Shown here piece after piece: positions 1-13,100 of a stretch of DNA of 64,000 nt. Location: NCBI GenBank assembly GCA_028826165.1, contig JAPDFW010000097.1, positions 181,531 to 245,530 on the forward strand. The letters run 5' to 3'. The translations under genes were made by a program, and so were the position numbers. The notes beneath the pieces are model-generated. The model saw only the letters and a program-made list of their open reading frames with translations, ran no database searches and had not been told where the DNA came from. The stretch comes from Anaeramoeba ignava BMAN. Its lineage: Eukaryota > Protista > Anaeramoebae. Numbering within the stretch: the first letter of the stretch is position 1; each line of letters opens with the position of its first letter.

Positions 1-1062
1 ATAAACATATTCCCGAAATTTGATAGTGTAGTTATAATTGAACCACCAATCCAAGTTGAAATTGATCTTTCTGGAGGAGCAGTAACTTTTAATGACATTG
101 TAAGAGGAGCTAAATATTGAATCTCTTTTCGAAGTCTATCCGCAAATCCTGGAAACTGTGATGAACCACCTGATAAAATAATATTTCCATATAGAAACCT
201 TCTTATATCAACATCACATTTGCTAATTGATTCATAAATAATTTCATGAATCCCTTTTTCTTCAATTCCATTTAAAGAAGGGTTGAACAACATTTCAGGA
301 CATTTCAATCTTTCATTTCCTATTGTAAAAAAATCTCCATTCATTGATTCATATTTTTTCTCAATCGATTTTTTTTCGTTTGCATTTTTCATTTCTTCTT
401 CGAAATCATAGGCAATATAACAAAGTTTTTCTTTGATATCACTGGCGATTTTCCTATCAGAAATCGAAACAAATGAATGTCCTCTTTCATTGAGCAATCT
501 CATCAAATATTCAGTCAAATCTCTTCCTCCAATATCCATTTTTTTGGTATGAATTGGGATATTAAACCCTTCATAAATAGGAACAATATAAGAAACTGTT
601 TCTCCAATATCAGCAACAATTCCTGTTGTTCTTCCTGATGCATAAATTGCCAAAATCGAAGAATTTTCCAGAAACAATGAAGGAAATCCATATTTTTCAA
701 ACATTATTTCAGCCATTTTTTCTCTTTTTGATTTTGGATTTAAAGGTGAATCACTTATTAACAGTGTGTGATCTTTTGGATCAATTTTCATTTCCTCATA
801 AAAACAATAATCCCATATTTTTTCCATATAATCAAAATTTGTGATGATTCCTTGGTTTATTGGATATTCCATATTTAGATTTTCTCTTTTTTTTTCTGCT
901 TCTTTGCCAATATAATATTTTTTTTCTTCTTTTCTCATTTTTTGTAATCCCAATTTTTGTTGCGAAAATTGTTTTTGGTTGCTCTTCTCCTCCAATGCCT
1001 ATTTGTATATTTCTTGATCCGTGATGCAAAACAATTGGCAAATTTAAATCAGAATCATCCAT
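1..1062 (-). CDS. Divergent actin / actin-related protein (3' end runs off the window; one apparent homopolymer frameshift near 920)
   Basis: Manual minus-strand translation gives actin-fold motifs: PIVLHHGS..IGIGGEEQPK, YPINQGIITNFDYMEKIW, PLNPKSKREKMAEIMFE, AIYASGRTTGIV.DIG, DIGGRDLTEYL, DIKEKLCYIAYDFEEEM, ILSGGSSQFPGFADRL, APPERSISTWIGGSI. Confidence 0.9.
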
Positions 1063-1114
1063 TTTTTTGATATTTTGTAAAGGAAAAAAATGAAAAAAAA
1101 AAATTCAATTTTTT

Positions 1115-2212
1115 CAGATTTCTAATTAAATTTTATTTATATTTAAGTAATATTTTCAATTTTGAAACCTATTTTTGAAATAAAATATAAATAATTTATA
1201 AATAATTTATATTTTAAATTTTGGAAATAAATTTAATTAAAATATTTAATAATAAAAATATTAATTTCTAATTCAATTTTATTTATGTTTTAAGTAATAT
1301 TTTCAATTTTAAAATCTATTTTTGAAATAAATTATAAATAATTTATAAATAATTTATATTTTAAATTTTGGAAATAAAATTAATTAAAATATTTAATAAT
1401 GAAAATATTAATTTCTAATTAAATTTTATTTATATTTTAATAATATTTTCAATTTTAAAACCTATTTTTAAAATAAATTATAAATAAATTTATAAATAAT
1501 TTATATTTTAAATTTTGGAAATAAAATTTAATTAAAATATTTAATAATGAAAATATTAATTTCTAATTAAATTTTATTTATATTTTAGTAATATTTTCAA
1601 TTTTGAAACCTATTTTTAAAATAAAATATAAATAATTTATAATTAATTTATATTTTAAATTTTGGAAATAAAATTAATTAAAATATTTAATAATAAAAAT
1701 ATTAATTTCTAATTCAATTTTATTTATATTTTAAGTAATATTTTCAATTTTAAAATCTATTTTTGAAATAAAATTATAAATAATTTATAAATTAATTTAT
1801 ATTTTAAATTTTGGAAATAAAATTAATTAAAATATTTAATAATTAAAAATATTAATTTCTAATTCAATTTTATTTATATTTTAATAATATTTTCAATTTT
1901 AAAATCTATTTTTAAAATAAATTATAAATAAATTATAAATAATTTATATTTTAAATTTTGGAAATAAATTTAATTAAAATATTTAATAATAAAAATATCA
2001 ATTTCTAATTAAATTTTATTTATATTTAAGTAATATTTTCAATTTTAAATCTATTTTTAAAATAAGTTATAAATAAATTATAATTAATTTATATTTTAAA
2101 TTTTGGAAATAAAATTAATTAAAATATTTAATAATAAAAATATTAATTTCTAATTCAATTTTATTTATATTTTAATAATATTTTCAATTTTAAAATCTAT
2201 TTTTGAAATAAA
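1115..2212. repeat. AT-rich tandem array, ~147-149-bp unit, ~7.5 copies
   Basis: The landmark TTTTGGAAATAAA recurs at ~1219, 1365, 1513, 1660, 1809, 1957 and 2101 with conserved flanks. Confidence 0.9.
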
Positions 2213-2307
2213 TTAGCCAAAATCCTTTTTTCAAATATTTTTTGCTTTTTGAAATTTTTAGATCAAAAAAGAAAAATTTTTTTTTCATTTTTTTTTCATT
2301 TTCTAAA

Positions 2308-5300
2308 ATGGATCTTTTCACAATTATTGAACAAAATCAAATTGAAAAATTAAAAGAAATTAAATTTATTGAAGAAAAAGAACCACAAACAAAACAAATT
2401 CAAGTTCAAAATTCAAAAAAAGAAAAAGAAAAAGAAATCATATTAAATTTTGCTATTATAAAAAAATCATCAAAAGAAATGATTGAATTATTAATTGCCA
2501 AAGGAGTCAAAACACATTTACAAGATCAAAACGGAAGAAATTCATTGCATATTGCAATTATAAATAATTCACCAATTGAAATACTTGATTTATTAATTCA
2601 AAAGGGAATTTCAGTCAATTCAACAGATAAACAAAATCAAACATGTTTACATTTTGCTTGTCAAAATAATTCATCAATAAAAGTGATTAAATATTTAATT
2701 TCAAAAGGAGGTGATATCAATGCAAGAACAAGACAAAATCAAACCATTTTGCATTATGCTTGCAGGAATCAATCACTTGAAATAATCAAATACCTTGTTT
2801 CCAAAAAACTGAATATTCATTCAAAAACAAACTACAATGAAACATTGTTGCATTATGCTTGCCAACATAATTCGATTGAAGTGATTGAATATTTGCTTGA
2901 AAAAGGACTTGATGTTAATGCAAAAACATTTGGAAAAGAAACAGCTTTGCATTATGCTTGCCAACATAATTCGATTGAAGTGATTGAATATTTGCTTGAA
3001 AAAGGACTTGATATTAATGAAAAAACAAATTTTAATCAATCAACATTGCATTTGGCATGTCAATATAGTTCATCAATAGAAGTGATTAAATATTTGATTC
3101 AAGAAGGAGTTGATATCAATGCAACAACAAACTCAAACCAAACAGCTTTGCATTATGCTTGTCAAAAAAATTCCTCCATCGAAATTCTTAAATATCTTGT
3201 TGAGAAGGGAATTGATATTAATGCAAAAACAGCAACTAATCAAAATGCTCTGTTTTATGCTTGTCAAAGCAAATTATCAATTGAAATAATCAAATTTTTA
3301 GTTGAAAAAGGAATTGATGTAAATGCGAAAACAAATTTAAATGAAACCGTTTTGCATATTGCTTGTCAACATAAATTACCATTTGAAACAATCAAATTTT
3401 TAGTTGAAAAAGGAATAGATATCAATGCACAAACAAATCAACAAAAAACAGCTTTACATTTTGCTTGTCAATATAATGCATCTTTTGAAATTATTAAATT
3501 TTTAGTTGAAAAAGGAATAGATATCAATGCACAAACTCGAACAGAACAAACAGCTTTACATTTTGCTTGTCAATATAATTCATCTTTTGAAATTATTAAA
3601 TTTTTAATTGAAAAGGGAATAGATATCAAATGCAAAAGCAAGACAAAATCAAACTGTTTTACATTATCTTTGTCAAAACCCAAATCTCTCATTTGAAGCA
3701 ATCAAGTTTTTAGTTGAAAAGGGAATTGATATAAATTGCAAAACCAATCAAAATCAAACTGTTTTACATTATCTTTGTCAAAATCCAAATGCTCCATTTG
3801 AAGTAATCAAATTTTTAGTTGAAAAAGGAATTGATGTAAATGCGAAAACAAATGAAAATGAAACCGTTTTGCATATTGCTTGTCAACATAAATTACCATT
3901 TGAAACAATCAAATTTTTAGTTGAAAAAGGAATAGATATCAATGCACAAACATCTTTCAAACAAACAGCTTTACATTTTGCTTGTCAATATAATGCATCT
4001 TTTGAAATTATCAAATTTTTAATTGAAAAGGGAATAGATATCAATGCAGAAAGCAATTTAAAATACACAGCTTTACATTTAGCCTTTCAAAACGATTCTT
4101 CATTTGAAATTATTAAATTATTACTTTACAAAGGAATTGATATTAATGCAAAAGCATTTCACGAAGAAAGTGTTCTTCATTTTGCATGTCAATTTAATGC
4201 TTCAATTGAGATAATCAAGTATTTAGTTGAGAATGGAGTTGATATTAATGCAAAAACAGCAAGTGGAGAAACTGCTTTAGATTATCTTTGCTCAAAGAAA
4301 CCATCCTTTGAAATTATTCAGTATTTAGTTGAGAAAGGAATTGATCTTCATTCAAAATCAAATCACAATCATACATCTTTACATCTAGTTTGCCTTAGCA
4401 ATCCATCATTTGAAATAATTCGTTATTTGATAGAAAAAGGAGTTGATGTAAATACAAAAACAGAAAGAAATGAAACAGCTCTTCATTTCGCATGCCAAAG
4501 CAATCCATCATTAGATACTATTAAACTCTTGGTTGGAAAAGCGGTTGATATCAATGCAAAAGCATATCACAATGAGACAGCTCTTCATTTCGCTTGCCAT
4601 TATAAACTCTCTTTTGAAATCATCAAATATCTAATTGAAAGTGGAATCGATATTCATGCCAAAACAGACGCAAATCAAACTGCTCTCCATTATGCTTGCC
4701 AAATTAATCCATCATTTGCAGTCGTTGAATATTTAATTTCAAAAGGAATTGATATTAACCTCAAAACAGCATCAAATGAAACACCTTTATCCATTTCAAT
4801 TCAAAATGGAAATCAGAAACTCGTTCAAATTCTATTAAATAACCAAGCCAATTTTTATGATTTACAAGAAAAAGAAATCTCAAAAGAATTTCTTGAATCC
4901 TTTTTACAAGTTTATTCAATCAATGAAGATTTCAGCAATTTCTTCATTTCAGATGATAATTTTCCTGATTATAAAATTGAATCAAATGATTTCTTCAAAT
5001 TTAATGTTCATAAATTAATTCTATTAACAAGATTTGATAATGATGAAACAATTTTACAAAAATTTATTGATATTTGCAAAACAAAATCAAAAGAAGAAGT
5101 TCAAATTATCCTAAATTTCCTTTACACAGGCTTTCCCAATTTTGGAGAAATTATTGAAAAATTCCAACATCAAATTGAAAAAAATTCCCAAAATGATTCA
5201 AAATCAAGTTATTTTTGGGGAGGAAGACAATTTGAAGAGCAAAAAACAATTTTGAGAGAAATTGAACAAAACCAAACTAGAATTGAAGATTTTTTCAAAC

Positions 5301-5686
5301 AAATGGGATTTGATTCAAATTGGATTGAATCCAAAAAAGGAAGAAAAGGAATAATAAAAGATCTTCATCAATTATATCAAAATGAATCAACAAAAGATTT
5401 TACGATAATTGTTGAGGAAAAAGAAATTAAAGCTCATAAATTGATATTAATAATAAGAAGTGAATTATTCAAAGGAATGTTTCTAAGTGTTCAAGATTCA
5501 TCAAATCAAGTTCATGATTATTCAAAGAAATCATTTGAAACAATTAATCAATTAATTTATTTCTTCTATCACAATGAATTTGATGAAACAAAAGAAATTA
5601 CAAAAGAAATTATTCAAGAATTTAAAGGTTTAAAAGATTATTTCCAATTAAATCAACATTCCAAAATTGATTTTTCAAAATTTTAA
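2308..5686 (+). CDS. Ankyrin-repeat protein with C-terminal BTB/POZ domains (one apparent +1 frameshift at ~3628-3630)
   Basis: More than 20 ankyrin repeats (TALHYACQ...EIIKFLVEKGIDINA). C-terminal BTB (DFTIIVEEKEIKAHKLILIIRSELF). ORFs 2242-3696 and 3869-5686 join if one A is removed from GATATCAAATGCA. The ATG at 2308 follows a TTTCATTT motif. Confidence 0.88.
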
Positions 5687-5753
5687 TTTTGATTAATAAA
5701 AAATTTTGGATTGAAAATGTTTTTTTTCATTTTTTTACTTACAAAAGAAAATT

Positions 5754-8708
5754 ATGAAAGCTTATTCAATAAATAAACCACTATTTATTGCATGTGAAGA
5801 TAATTCATTAGAGGACTTAAAAAAAGCGATTGAAGATGAATTGAATGTTAATGGAGAAAATTATGGATCTGAAACACCTTTGCATGTTTGTTGTAAACAA
5901 AAAGATCCAAGTATAATTGAATTGATGAAATATCTTATTGAAAAGGGAGCATTTCCAACAAATCTAACTTCCCAACAAGAAACCCTTTTGCACTATTCTT
6001 GTCAATATCAAAATTCAATTGAAATTATCAAGTTTCTTGTTGAAAAAGGTGTTGATTTAAAACAATCAACAAAAGAAAGCAAAGAGACAGTTTTGCATTA
6101 TGCTTGCAAATTCCAAAAAGAAAATCTTCTTGAAGTGATCCAATTTCTTGTTTCAAAAGGAGCTGATGTGAATGCAAAAACAAAAGATAATGAAACTGTT
6201 TTGCATTTTGTTTGTCGATATCAAAATACAATTGAGGCCGTTAAATTTTTGGTTTCCAAAAAAGCAGATTTGAAAACAAAAACAACCTCTCAAGAATCCA
6301 TTTTGCATTATGCTTGTAAATATGGCAATTCCTCAGAGATTATCCAATTTCTTATTGAAAAGAAACTTGATGTGAATGCAAAAACAAAGGAGAATGAAAC
6401 TGCTTTGCATTTTGTTTGCCAAAAAGAGAATTCAAGTAAACTTGTCTCTTTACTTCTTGCAAAAAAAGCCAAAATCAAAATTGCAAATAATTTAAAACAA
6501 ACCCCTTTGCATCTTGCTTGTCAACTTCAGGATTCTTTTGAAATTGTCAATCTTCTTATTCAAAAAGGTGCGAATGTCAAAGTCAAAGATGATCACGAAC
6601 AAACACCATTGCATTTAGTTTGCCAAAAAAAACCAAATAATTTTCTTCAGGTTGTCAAAAGTCTTGTTGAGAAAAAAGCAGATGTAAATGCCAAAAACGA
6701 TGAGCTTCAAACACCTTTGCATTATGTTTGCCATATCAAAAGAAGAACACTTCAGGAAATTATTGACTCTATTGGTGACAAACAAGAAGATAACGAAAAT
6801 GGATTAAAAGACTTGCTGGAGGTTGTCAAATTTCTTGTTTCAAAAGGAGCTGATGTTAATGCAAAAAACGAAAATCAACAACTTCCTTTACATTATGCTT
6901 GCCAAGAAAAAAATTCAATTGAAATTGTGGAATTTCTTGTTTCAAAAGGAGCTGATGTGAATGCAAAAACAAATGAGAATGAAACTGCTTTTCATTATGC
7001 TTGCCGAACAAGTTTAATTGAAGTAATCAAGTTTTTATTCGAGAGAGAAGTTGATATTAATGAATCAAACGATGAAAATGAAACACCTTTACATTTAGCT
7101 TGCAGATTTAGAGATAATAACTCACTTGAAGTAATTAAATTCCTTGTTGAAAAAGGAGCTGATGTTAATCGAGTCACAAACAAACAAATGACTCCCTTGT
7201 TACTCATTGCGAAATACCACAGTTCATTTGAAATTCTTAAATATCTTGTTGACAAAGGAGCAAATATTCATGCAAAAACAGCACAAGAAGAATCAGTTTT
7301 GCATTTTTGTGTTTCTGGAAATGAAAATCCATTTGAAGTGGTCAAATATTTTGTTGAAAAAGGGGTTGATGTCAACAGTTTAACAAGTGATTCAAAAGAA
7401 TCCCCATTGCATATGGCTTGTGAATTCTCAACTAAGTTATCTCTTGAAGTGATTCAATTTCTTGTTTCAAAAGGATCTGATGTGAATGCAAAAACAAAAG
7501 ATAATGAAACTCCTTTGCATTTTGCTTGTCAATATCAAAAATCGCTTGAAGTGATTCAATTTCTTGTTTCAAAAGGAGCTGATGTGAATGCAAAAACAAA
7601 AGGGAATGAAACTCCTTTGCATTTTGCTTGTTCTAATAAAGAGATGGAGAGTTGTCACAAAATTATCAAATTTATTGCTGAGAAATGTGATAATTTGAAT
7701 GCGAAATCCAAATATGGAATAACACCTCTTTCCACTTTAAAGAAAAACAAAAATTCATTTGGAATTCAAATTCTATTAATGAATGATTTAGCTCTTACTC
7801 TTTTGGAACAAAAAGGGAGAATTTCTGGAAAATTGAAAAATCTTTTACCCAAAGTTTATTCAATCAATGAAGATTTCAACAAAATCTTAAAATCAAATGA
7901 TAATTTTCCTGATTACAAAATTGAATCAAGTGATTTCTTCAAATTTAATGTTCATAAATTAATTCTATTAACAAGATTTGATAATGATGAAACAATTTTA
8001 CAAAAATTTATTGATATTTGCAAAACAAAATCAAAAGAAGAAGTTCAAATTATGCTAAATTTCCTTTACACAGGCTTTCCCAATTTTGAAGAATTTACCA
8101 AATTATTTTCTTTTGAATTAGATCAAAGTGAAAGTGAAAGTGAAGATGAGATTCAAAAAGAAAAAGAAAGAAAAAGGGAAGAAGAAGAAAAAAAATATGT
8201 TTTCCAAAGAAATTTAAGTTTTTCAGATGTTTCTTCAGAAGATGAAAAGCAAAGTAAAAATTATTTCAATGGATTCAAACAAGAAATGAAGAGAATTGAA
8301 GATTTTTTCAAACAAATGGGATTTGATTCAAATTGGATTGAATCCAAAAAAGGAAGAAAAGGAATAATAAAAGATCTTCATCAATTATATCAAAATGAAT
8401 CAACAAAAGATTTTACGATAATTGTTGAGGAAAAAGAAATTAAAGCTCATAAATTGATATTAATGATAAGAAGTGAATTATTCAAAGGAATGTTTCTAAG
8501 TGTTCAAGATTCATCAAATCAAGTTCATGATTATTCAAAGAAATCATTTGAAACAATTAATCAATTAATTTATTTCTTCTATCACAATGAATTTGATGAA
8601 ACAAAAGAAATTACAAAAGAAATTATTCAAGAATTTAAAGGTTTAAAAGATTATTTCCAATTAAATCAACATTCCAAAATTGATTTTTCAAAATTTTCAA
8701 AAATTTAA
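5754..8708 (+). CDS. Ankyrin-repeat protein with C-terminal BTB/POZ domains (paralog of the upstream gene)
   Basis: Intact 984-aa ORF with ETPLH.AC ankyrin repeats. C-terminal BTB region is nearly identical to the upstream gene. Confidence 0.92.
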   Translation: MKAYSINKPLFIACEDNSLEDLKKAIEDELNVNGENYGSETPLHVCCKQKDPSIIELMKYLIEKGAFPTNLTSQQETLLHYSCQYQNSIEIIKFLVEKGVDLKQSTKESKETVLHYACKFQKENLLEVIQFLVSKGADVNAKTKDNETVLHFVCRYQNTIEAVKFLVSKKADLKTKTTSQESILHYACKYGNSSEIIQFLIEKKLDVNAKTKENETALHFVCQKENSSKLVSLLLAKKAKIKIANNLKQTPLHLACQLQDSFEIVNLLIQKGANVKVKDDHEQTPLHLVCQKKPNNFLQVVKSLVEKKADVNAKNDELQTPLHYVCHIKRRTLQEIIDSIGDKQEDNENGLKDLLEVVKFLVSKGADVNAKNENQQLPLHYACQEKNSIEIVEFLVSKGADVNAKTNENETAFHYACRTSLIEVIKFLFEREVDINESNDENETPLHLACRFRDNNSLEVIKFLVEKGADVNRVTNKQMTPLLLIAKYHSSFEILKYLVDKGANIHAKTAQEESVLHFCVSGNENPFEVVKYFVEKGVDVNSLTSDSKESPLHMACEFSTKLSLEVIQFLVSKGSDVNAKTKDNETPLHFACQYQKSLEVIQFLVSKGADVNAKTKGNETPLHFACSNKEMESCHKIIKFIAEKCDNLNAKSKYGITPLSTLKKNKNSFGIQILLMNDLALTLLEQKGRISGKLKNLLPKVYSINEDFNKILKSNDNFPDYKIESSDFFKFNVHKLILLTRFDNDETILQKFIDICKTKSKEEVQIMLNFLYTGFPNFEEFTKLFSFELDQSESESEDEIQKEKERKREEEEKKYVFQRNLSFSDVSSEDEKQSKNYFNGFKQEMKRIEDFFKQMGFDSNWIESKKGRKGIIKDLHQLYQNESTKDFTIIVEEKEIKAHKLILMIRSELFKGMFLSVQDSSNQVHDYSKKSFETINQLIYFFYHNEFDETKEITKEIIQEFKGLKDYFQLNQHSKIDFSKFSKI

Positions 8709-8734
8709 AAATTTAATTGATTTAAAATGTTCTT

Positions 8735-9530
8735 TTATTGATTTTTTTTTGATTCTTTAATTGAATAGTTTTGGATTTTTTTTGCAAGTAAAGGAGTTAA
8801 AATTAAAGCTAAAATGGCAAGAATAACTGCTGTTATAATAACAGGATAACAAGAAACAGGAATATTAATTGGATCTAAATTTTCCAAAACTAAAAAGAAA
8901 AATAAAAGAAAAATTAAAATTAAAATTAAAATTAAAATTTTTTCAAAATATAAAATACTAATATTGATAGGAATTAATCTTTTTTCATAATTTTCAAGAT
9001 GAGAAAATCCATCATATAAAGGTAAAACATTTAAAAAAGGATGACAAATTGAATTTACTGTTCCACAACAATTGGTTTCATCAATTAATTCTTCAATTTG
9101 CAAAATTGAATTAACAGAAAAAATAACTTTTTCTGCATTTAATAATTTTCTTTGACCATTTTTTGGAATTTTTTCATTAACACAAGTAAAAGATTCCTTT
9201 TCATTTGGATAACATTGACATTCTGTAAATAATTCCATTTTAAAATTTGTTGGATTCTTTTTAGGATTTAAAAAGAAAAATATATAAAAAATAAAAAATT
9301 TTTTTTTGATAAAATATTATTTAATTATTTATTTTTACTGAAGATGAATATGATATTTTAATTTCATATTTTGTATTTTGAGTTAAATTGTTTAAATAAA
9401 ATTTATGAGAAACATCTGGTAAAATTTCTAAGTTATTTAAAGGTAAATTTGGAGATAAATTTGTTTCTAATTCATTTGTAAATTGAATTATAAGTAAATA
9501 TAATAATAAAAAATAAAGGAAATTTTTCAT
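8735..9530 (-). CDS. Hypothetical single-pass membrane protein with signal peptide; 3 exons (9530-9339, 9256-8959, 8889-8735)
   Basis: Hydrophobic N-terminus (MKNFLYFLLLYLLII) and C-terminal TM (VIITAVILAILALIL). GT-AG introns at 9338-9257 and 8958-8890 keep the reading frame. Confidence 0.7.
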
Positions 9531-9604
9531 TTGAATTTTAAATAAAAAAAAAAATGAAAAAATTTTTTTTAATTTTTTTTTTTCATTTTTTTTTTCTTTT
9601 TTTA
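9531..9604. promoter_or_regulatory. Putative 74-bp bidirectional core promoter with back-to-back TTTCATTT initiator-like motifs
   Basis: AAAATGAAAA at 9551-9560 (minus-strand TTTTCATTTT) and TTTCATTTTT at 9581-9590 lie between two divergent ATGs. Confidence 0.55.
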
Positions 9605-9905
9605 ATGGAAGAATTTATTGTTAATGAAATTATAGCACCTTTAAGGAAATTTTTTAAACAAAGTTATCAATTTCTTGTGAGATGCACAAAACCTGATAAA
9701 AAAGGTTTTTAAAAACAAAATTTTTTTGGAAAATAAAATAATTAAAAAAAATTTTTAAATTATATTCTTTTTTCTATTTAAATAATTAGAATTTTCTAAA
9801 ACAGCTCTTGCTACTTTAATTGGATTTGCTATTATGGGAACTATTGGTTTTGTTATTAAATTAATTTTTATGGTTATTAATAATATTCTTATTGGAAGTG
9901 GATAA
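9605..9905 (+). CDS. SEC61G: Protein translocon subunit Sec61-gamma (SSS1/SecE); exons 9605-9704 and 9790-9905; absent from the ORF track
   Basis: Spliced translation [71 protein letters not shown] contains the family signature RCTKPD.KEF..A.A..IGF.IMG.IGF.IKLI. GT-AG intron at 9705-9789. Confidence 0.95.
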
Positions 9906-10143
9906 AATAAGAAAAATAAACAAAAAAAAAATAAATAAAAAGAAAAGAAAAAAATTTTTTTTTAAAAAGAAAGAATAATAATAATAATAATAATAAAGAA
10001 AAAACAAATTCAACATTTAAATTAAATTTCAAATGTTTTTTCTTTTTCTATTATATTTTTTAAAACAAATTAACGTAATTTTTTAATTTTTTTTTAATTT
10101 TTTTTTTCATTTTTTTTCTTTTTTTTTTTTTCTAAAATTTTTT

Positions 10144-13100
10144 ATGCAACCTCATTATCTTAATAAACATATTGCTTCCAGTCCATTATTTCAAGCAAAA
10201 ACATTTGAAGATAAATCTAAAGCATGGGTTGGAATTAATAATAAGAAATATAGAAAACAAAATCAAGTTTCATATACAACAGCACAAAAACTTGATATGC
10301 CCCCAGAACATTTAAGAAAATTAGTCAGAGATCATGTAGATTTAACAGAAAAAAAATTTAGAACTGATAAAAGAATATAACTTCTTTTTAAAATTTTAAA
10401 ATATATAAAATTATATATAAAATTATTTAAATTATTTATAAAATTAATTATAAAATTAAATATAAAATTATTTTAAATTATTTATTAACTTTTATATAAA
10501 ATTATTTATAAAATTATTAAATATATAAAATTATTTATAAAATTATAATATATAAAATTATTAATAAAATTATTTATAAAATTAAATATAAAATTAAATA
10601 TAAAATTATTTATAAAATTATTATAAAATTATTTTAAAATTAAATATAAAATTAATTATTTATAAAATTATTTATAAAATTATTAAAATAAAATTATTTA
10701 TAAAATTATTAATAAAATTATTAATAAAATTAAATATAAAATTAAATTATTTATAAAATTATTTATAAAATTATTTATAAAATTAAATATTAAAAAATTA
10801 AATATAAAATTATTTATAAAATTATTTATAAAATTAAATATAAAATTATTTATAAAATTAATTATAAAATTATTTATAAAATTAAATATAAAATTATTTA
10901 TAAAATTATTTATAAAATTATTTATAAAATTATTTATAAAATTATTTATAAAATTATTTATAAAATTATTTATAAAATTATTTATAAAATTAAATATAAA
11001 ATTATTTTATTTATTTTTATTATATTTAATAAAATTATTTTGGGAATATATTAAAGGCCTTGGGAAGATGTTAGAGATGTTCCAGTTATTTATCACGTAA
11101 ATGGTGCAATCACTTTTATAAATAAAGTTCCACGAGTTATTGAACCAATATATAGATCACAATGGGGAACAATGTGGATCATGATGAGAAGAGAAAAAAG
11201 AGATCGAAAACACTTTAAAAGAATGAGATTTCCTCCTTTTGATGACGAAGAACCACCATTAGATTATACAGATAACATCATAGATTTAGAACCACTTGAA
11301 CCAATACAAATCGAATTGGATGATGAAGAAGATGAAGAAGTTTATCATTGGTTTTATGATTACGAACCACTTAAAGACACAAAATTTGTCAAAGGAACAG
11401 CATACAGAATTTGGAATTTAACAGCACCAATCATGGCGACTTTATACAGATTAGGATCTCAAATTGTCAGCGATTTAAGCGATCGAAATTATTTTTTCCT
11501 TTTCGATCCACCAAGTTTTTTAACCGCAAAGGCTCTCAATTTGGCAATTCCATCGGGTCCTAAATTTGAACCTCTTTATAGAGATTATGATGAAACAAAA
11601 GAAGATTGGAATGAATTTAACGATATCAACAAAATTATAATAAGAAGACAAATACGAACAGAATATAGAATTTTTTATCCCCATCTTTATAACAACAGAC
11701 CTCGTTCTGTGGAAATTAGTCATTACCATTATCCTTGCAATGCATATTTTAAAACAAAAGATCCAACTTTACCTCCATTTTATTTTGATTCCATTATCAA
11801 TCCCATTTCATTCCGAAATGTCGATCCTGTTCCTTCTGAATATGAATCAAAGAAATCTAAATCAAACAAAAAACAATTCAATTCACGCGATGAAATTCTA
11901 TCAGAAGAGGATTTTTTCGACGATGATTTTGTGCTTCCTCAAGATATCGAACCTTTTCTTGAAGATACACCTTTATTCACATCAAACACAACGGATGGAA
12001 TTTCATTATTTTTCGCACCTTTCCCTTTCAATCAGAGATCAGGACGAATGATTCGATGCCAAGACATTCCACTTGTGAAAACTTGGTATCAAGAACGATG
12101 CCCACCAAATCAACCTGTGAAAGTCCGAGTTTCTTATCAAAAACTATTGAAAACTTGGGTTCTCAACATGGTTCATCATCATCACGGGAAACCAAGAAAG
12201 AAAGTCAGTCTTTTGAAGACTTTTCGACAAACAAAATTCTTTCAAACAACAGAAATCGATTGGCTTGAAGCCGGATTGCAAGTTTGCAGACAAGGATATA
12301 ATATGCTTCATTTATTAATCCACAGAAAAAATGTTAATTATCTTCATTTGGATTATAATTTTAATCTAAAACCTGTCAAAACTCTTACAACAAAGGAAAG
12401 AAAGAAATCCCGATTTGGAAACGCATTTCATTTATGCAGAGAAATTCTTCGTCTTACAAAATTAATTGTTGATTGTAATGCACAATATCGTCTTGGTAAT
12501 TTTGATGCATTTCAACTTGCAGATGGGATTCAATATGTATTTTCACATGTTGGTCATTTAACAGGGATGTATCGATATAAATATCGTTTAATGAGACAAG
12601 TAAGTTTCTTTTTTTTTTCTTTCAAAAAACAAATCAAAATTTATTCATTCATTTTTTTTTAATTTTTTAGATAAGAATGTGCAAAGATTTAAAACATTTG
12701 ATATATTACAGATTTAATACAGGTCCTGTTGGTAAAGGTCCTGGTTGCGGATTTTGGGCTCCAATGTGGAGAGTTTGGATTTTCTTTCTTCGTGGAATTG
12801 TTCCTTTATTAGAAAGATGGCTCGGTAATTTATTAGCAAGACAATTTGAAGGAAGAGTCACAAAAGGAATTGCAAAAACAGTTACAAAACAAAGAGTAGA
12901 AAGTCATTTTGATTTGGAACTTCGTGCAGGTGTTATGCACAATATTTTGGATATGATGCCAAAAGGTGTTCGCACAAATAAATCCCGAATTATTGCTCAA
13001 CATCTTTCTGAAGCTTGGAGATGTTGGGGAAAAGGAACCAAAATTATGATGTCAAATGGATTTTATAAAAAAGTTGAAAATATTAAATTGGGTGATTCTG

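Noticed and set aside
10375-10390. U12-type AT-AC intron at the end of PRP8 exon 1 (ATATAACTT)
   Set aside because: Poor match to ATATCCTT, no convincing TCCTTAAC branch site, and the acceptor is AG.
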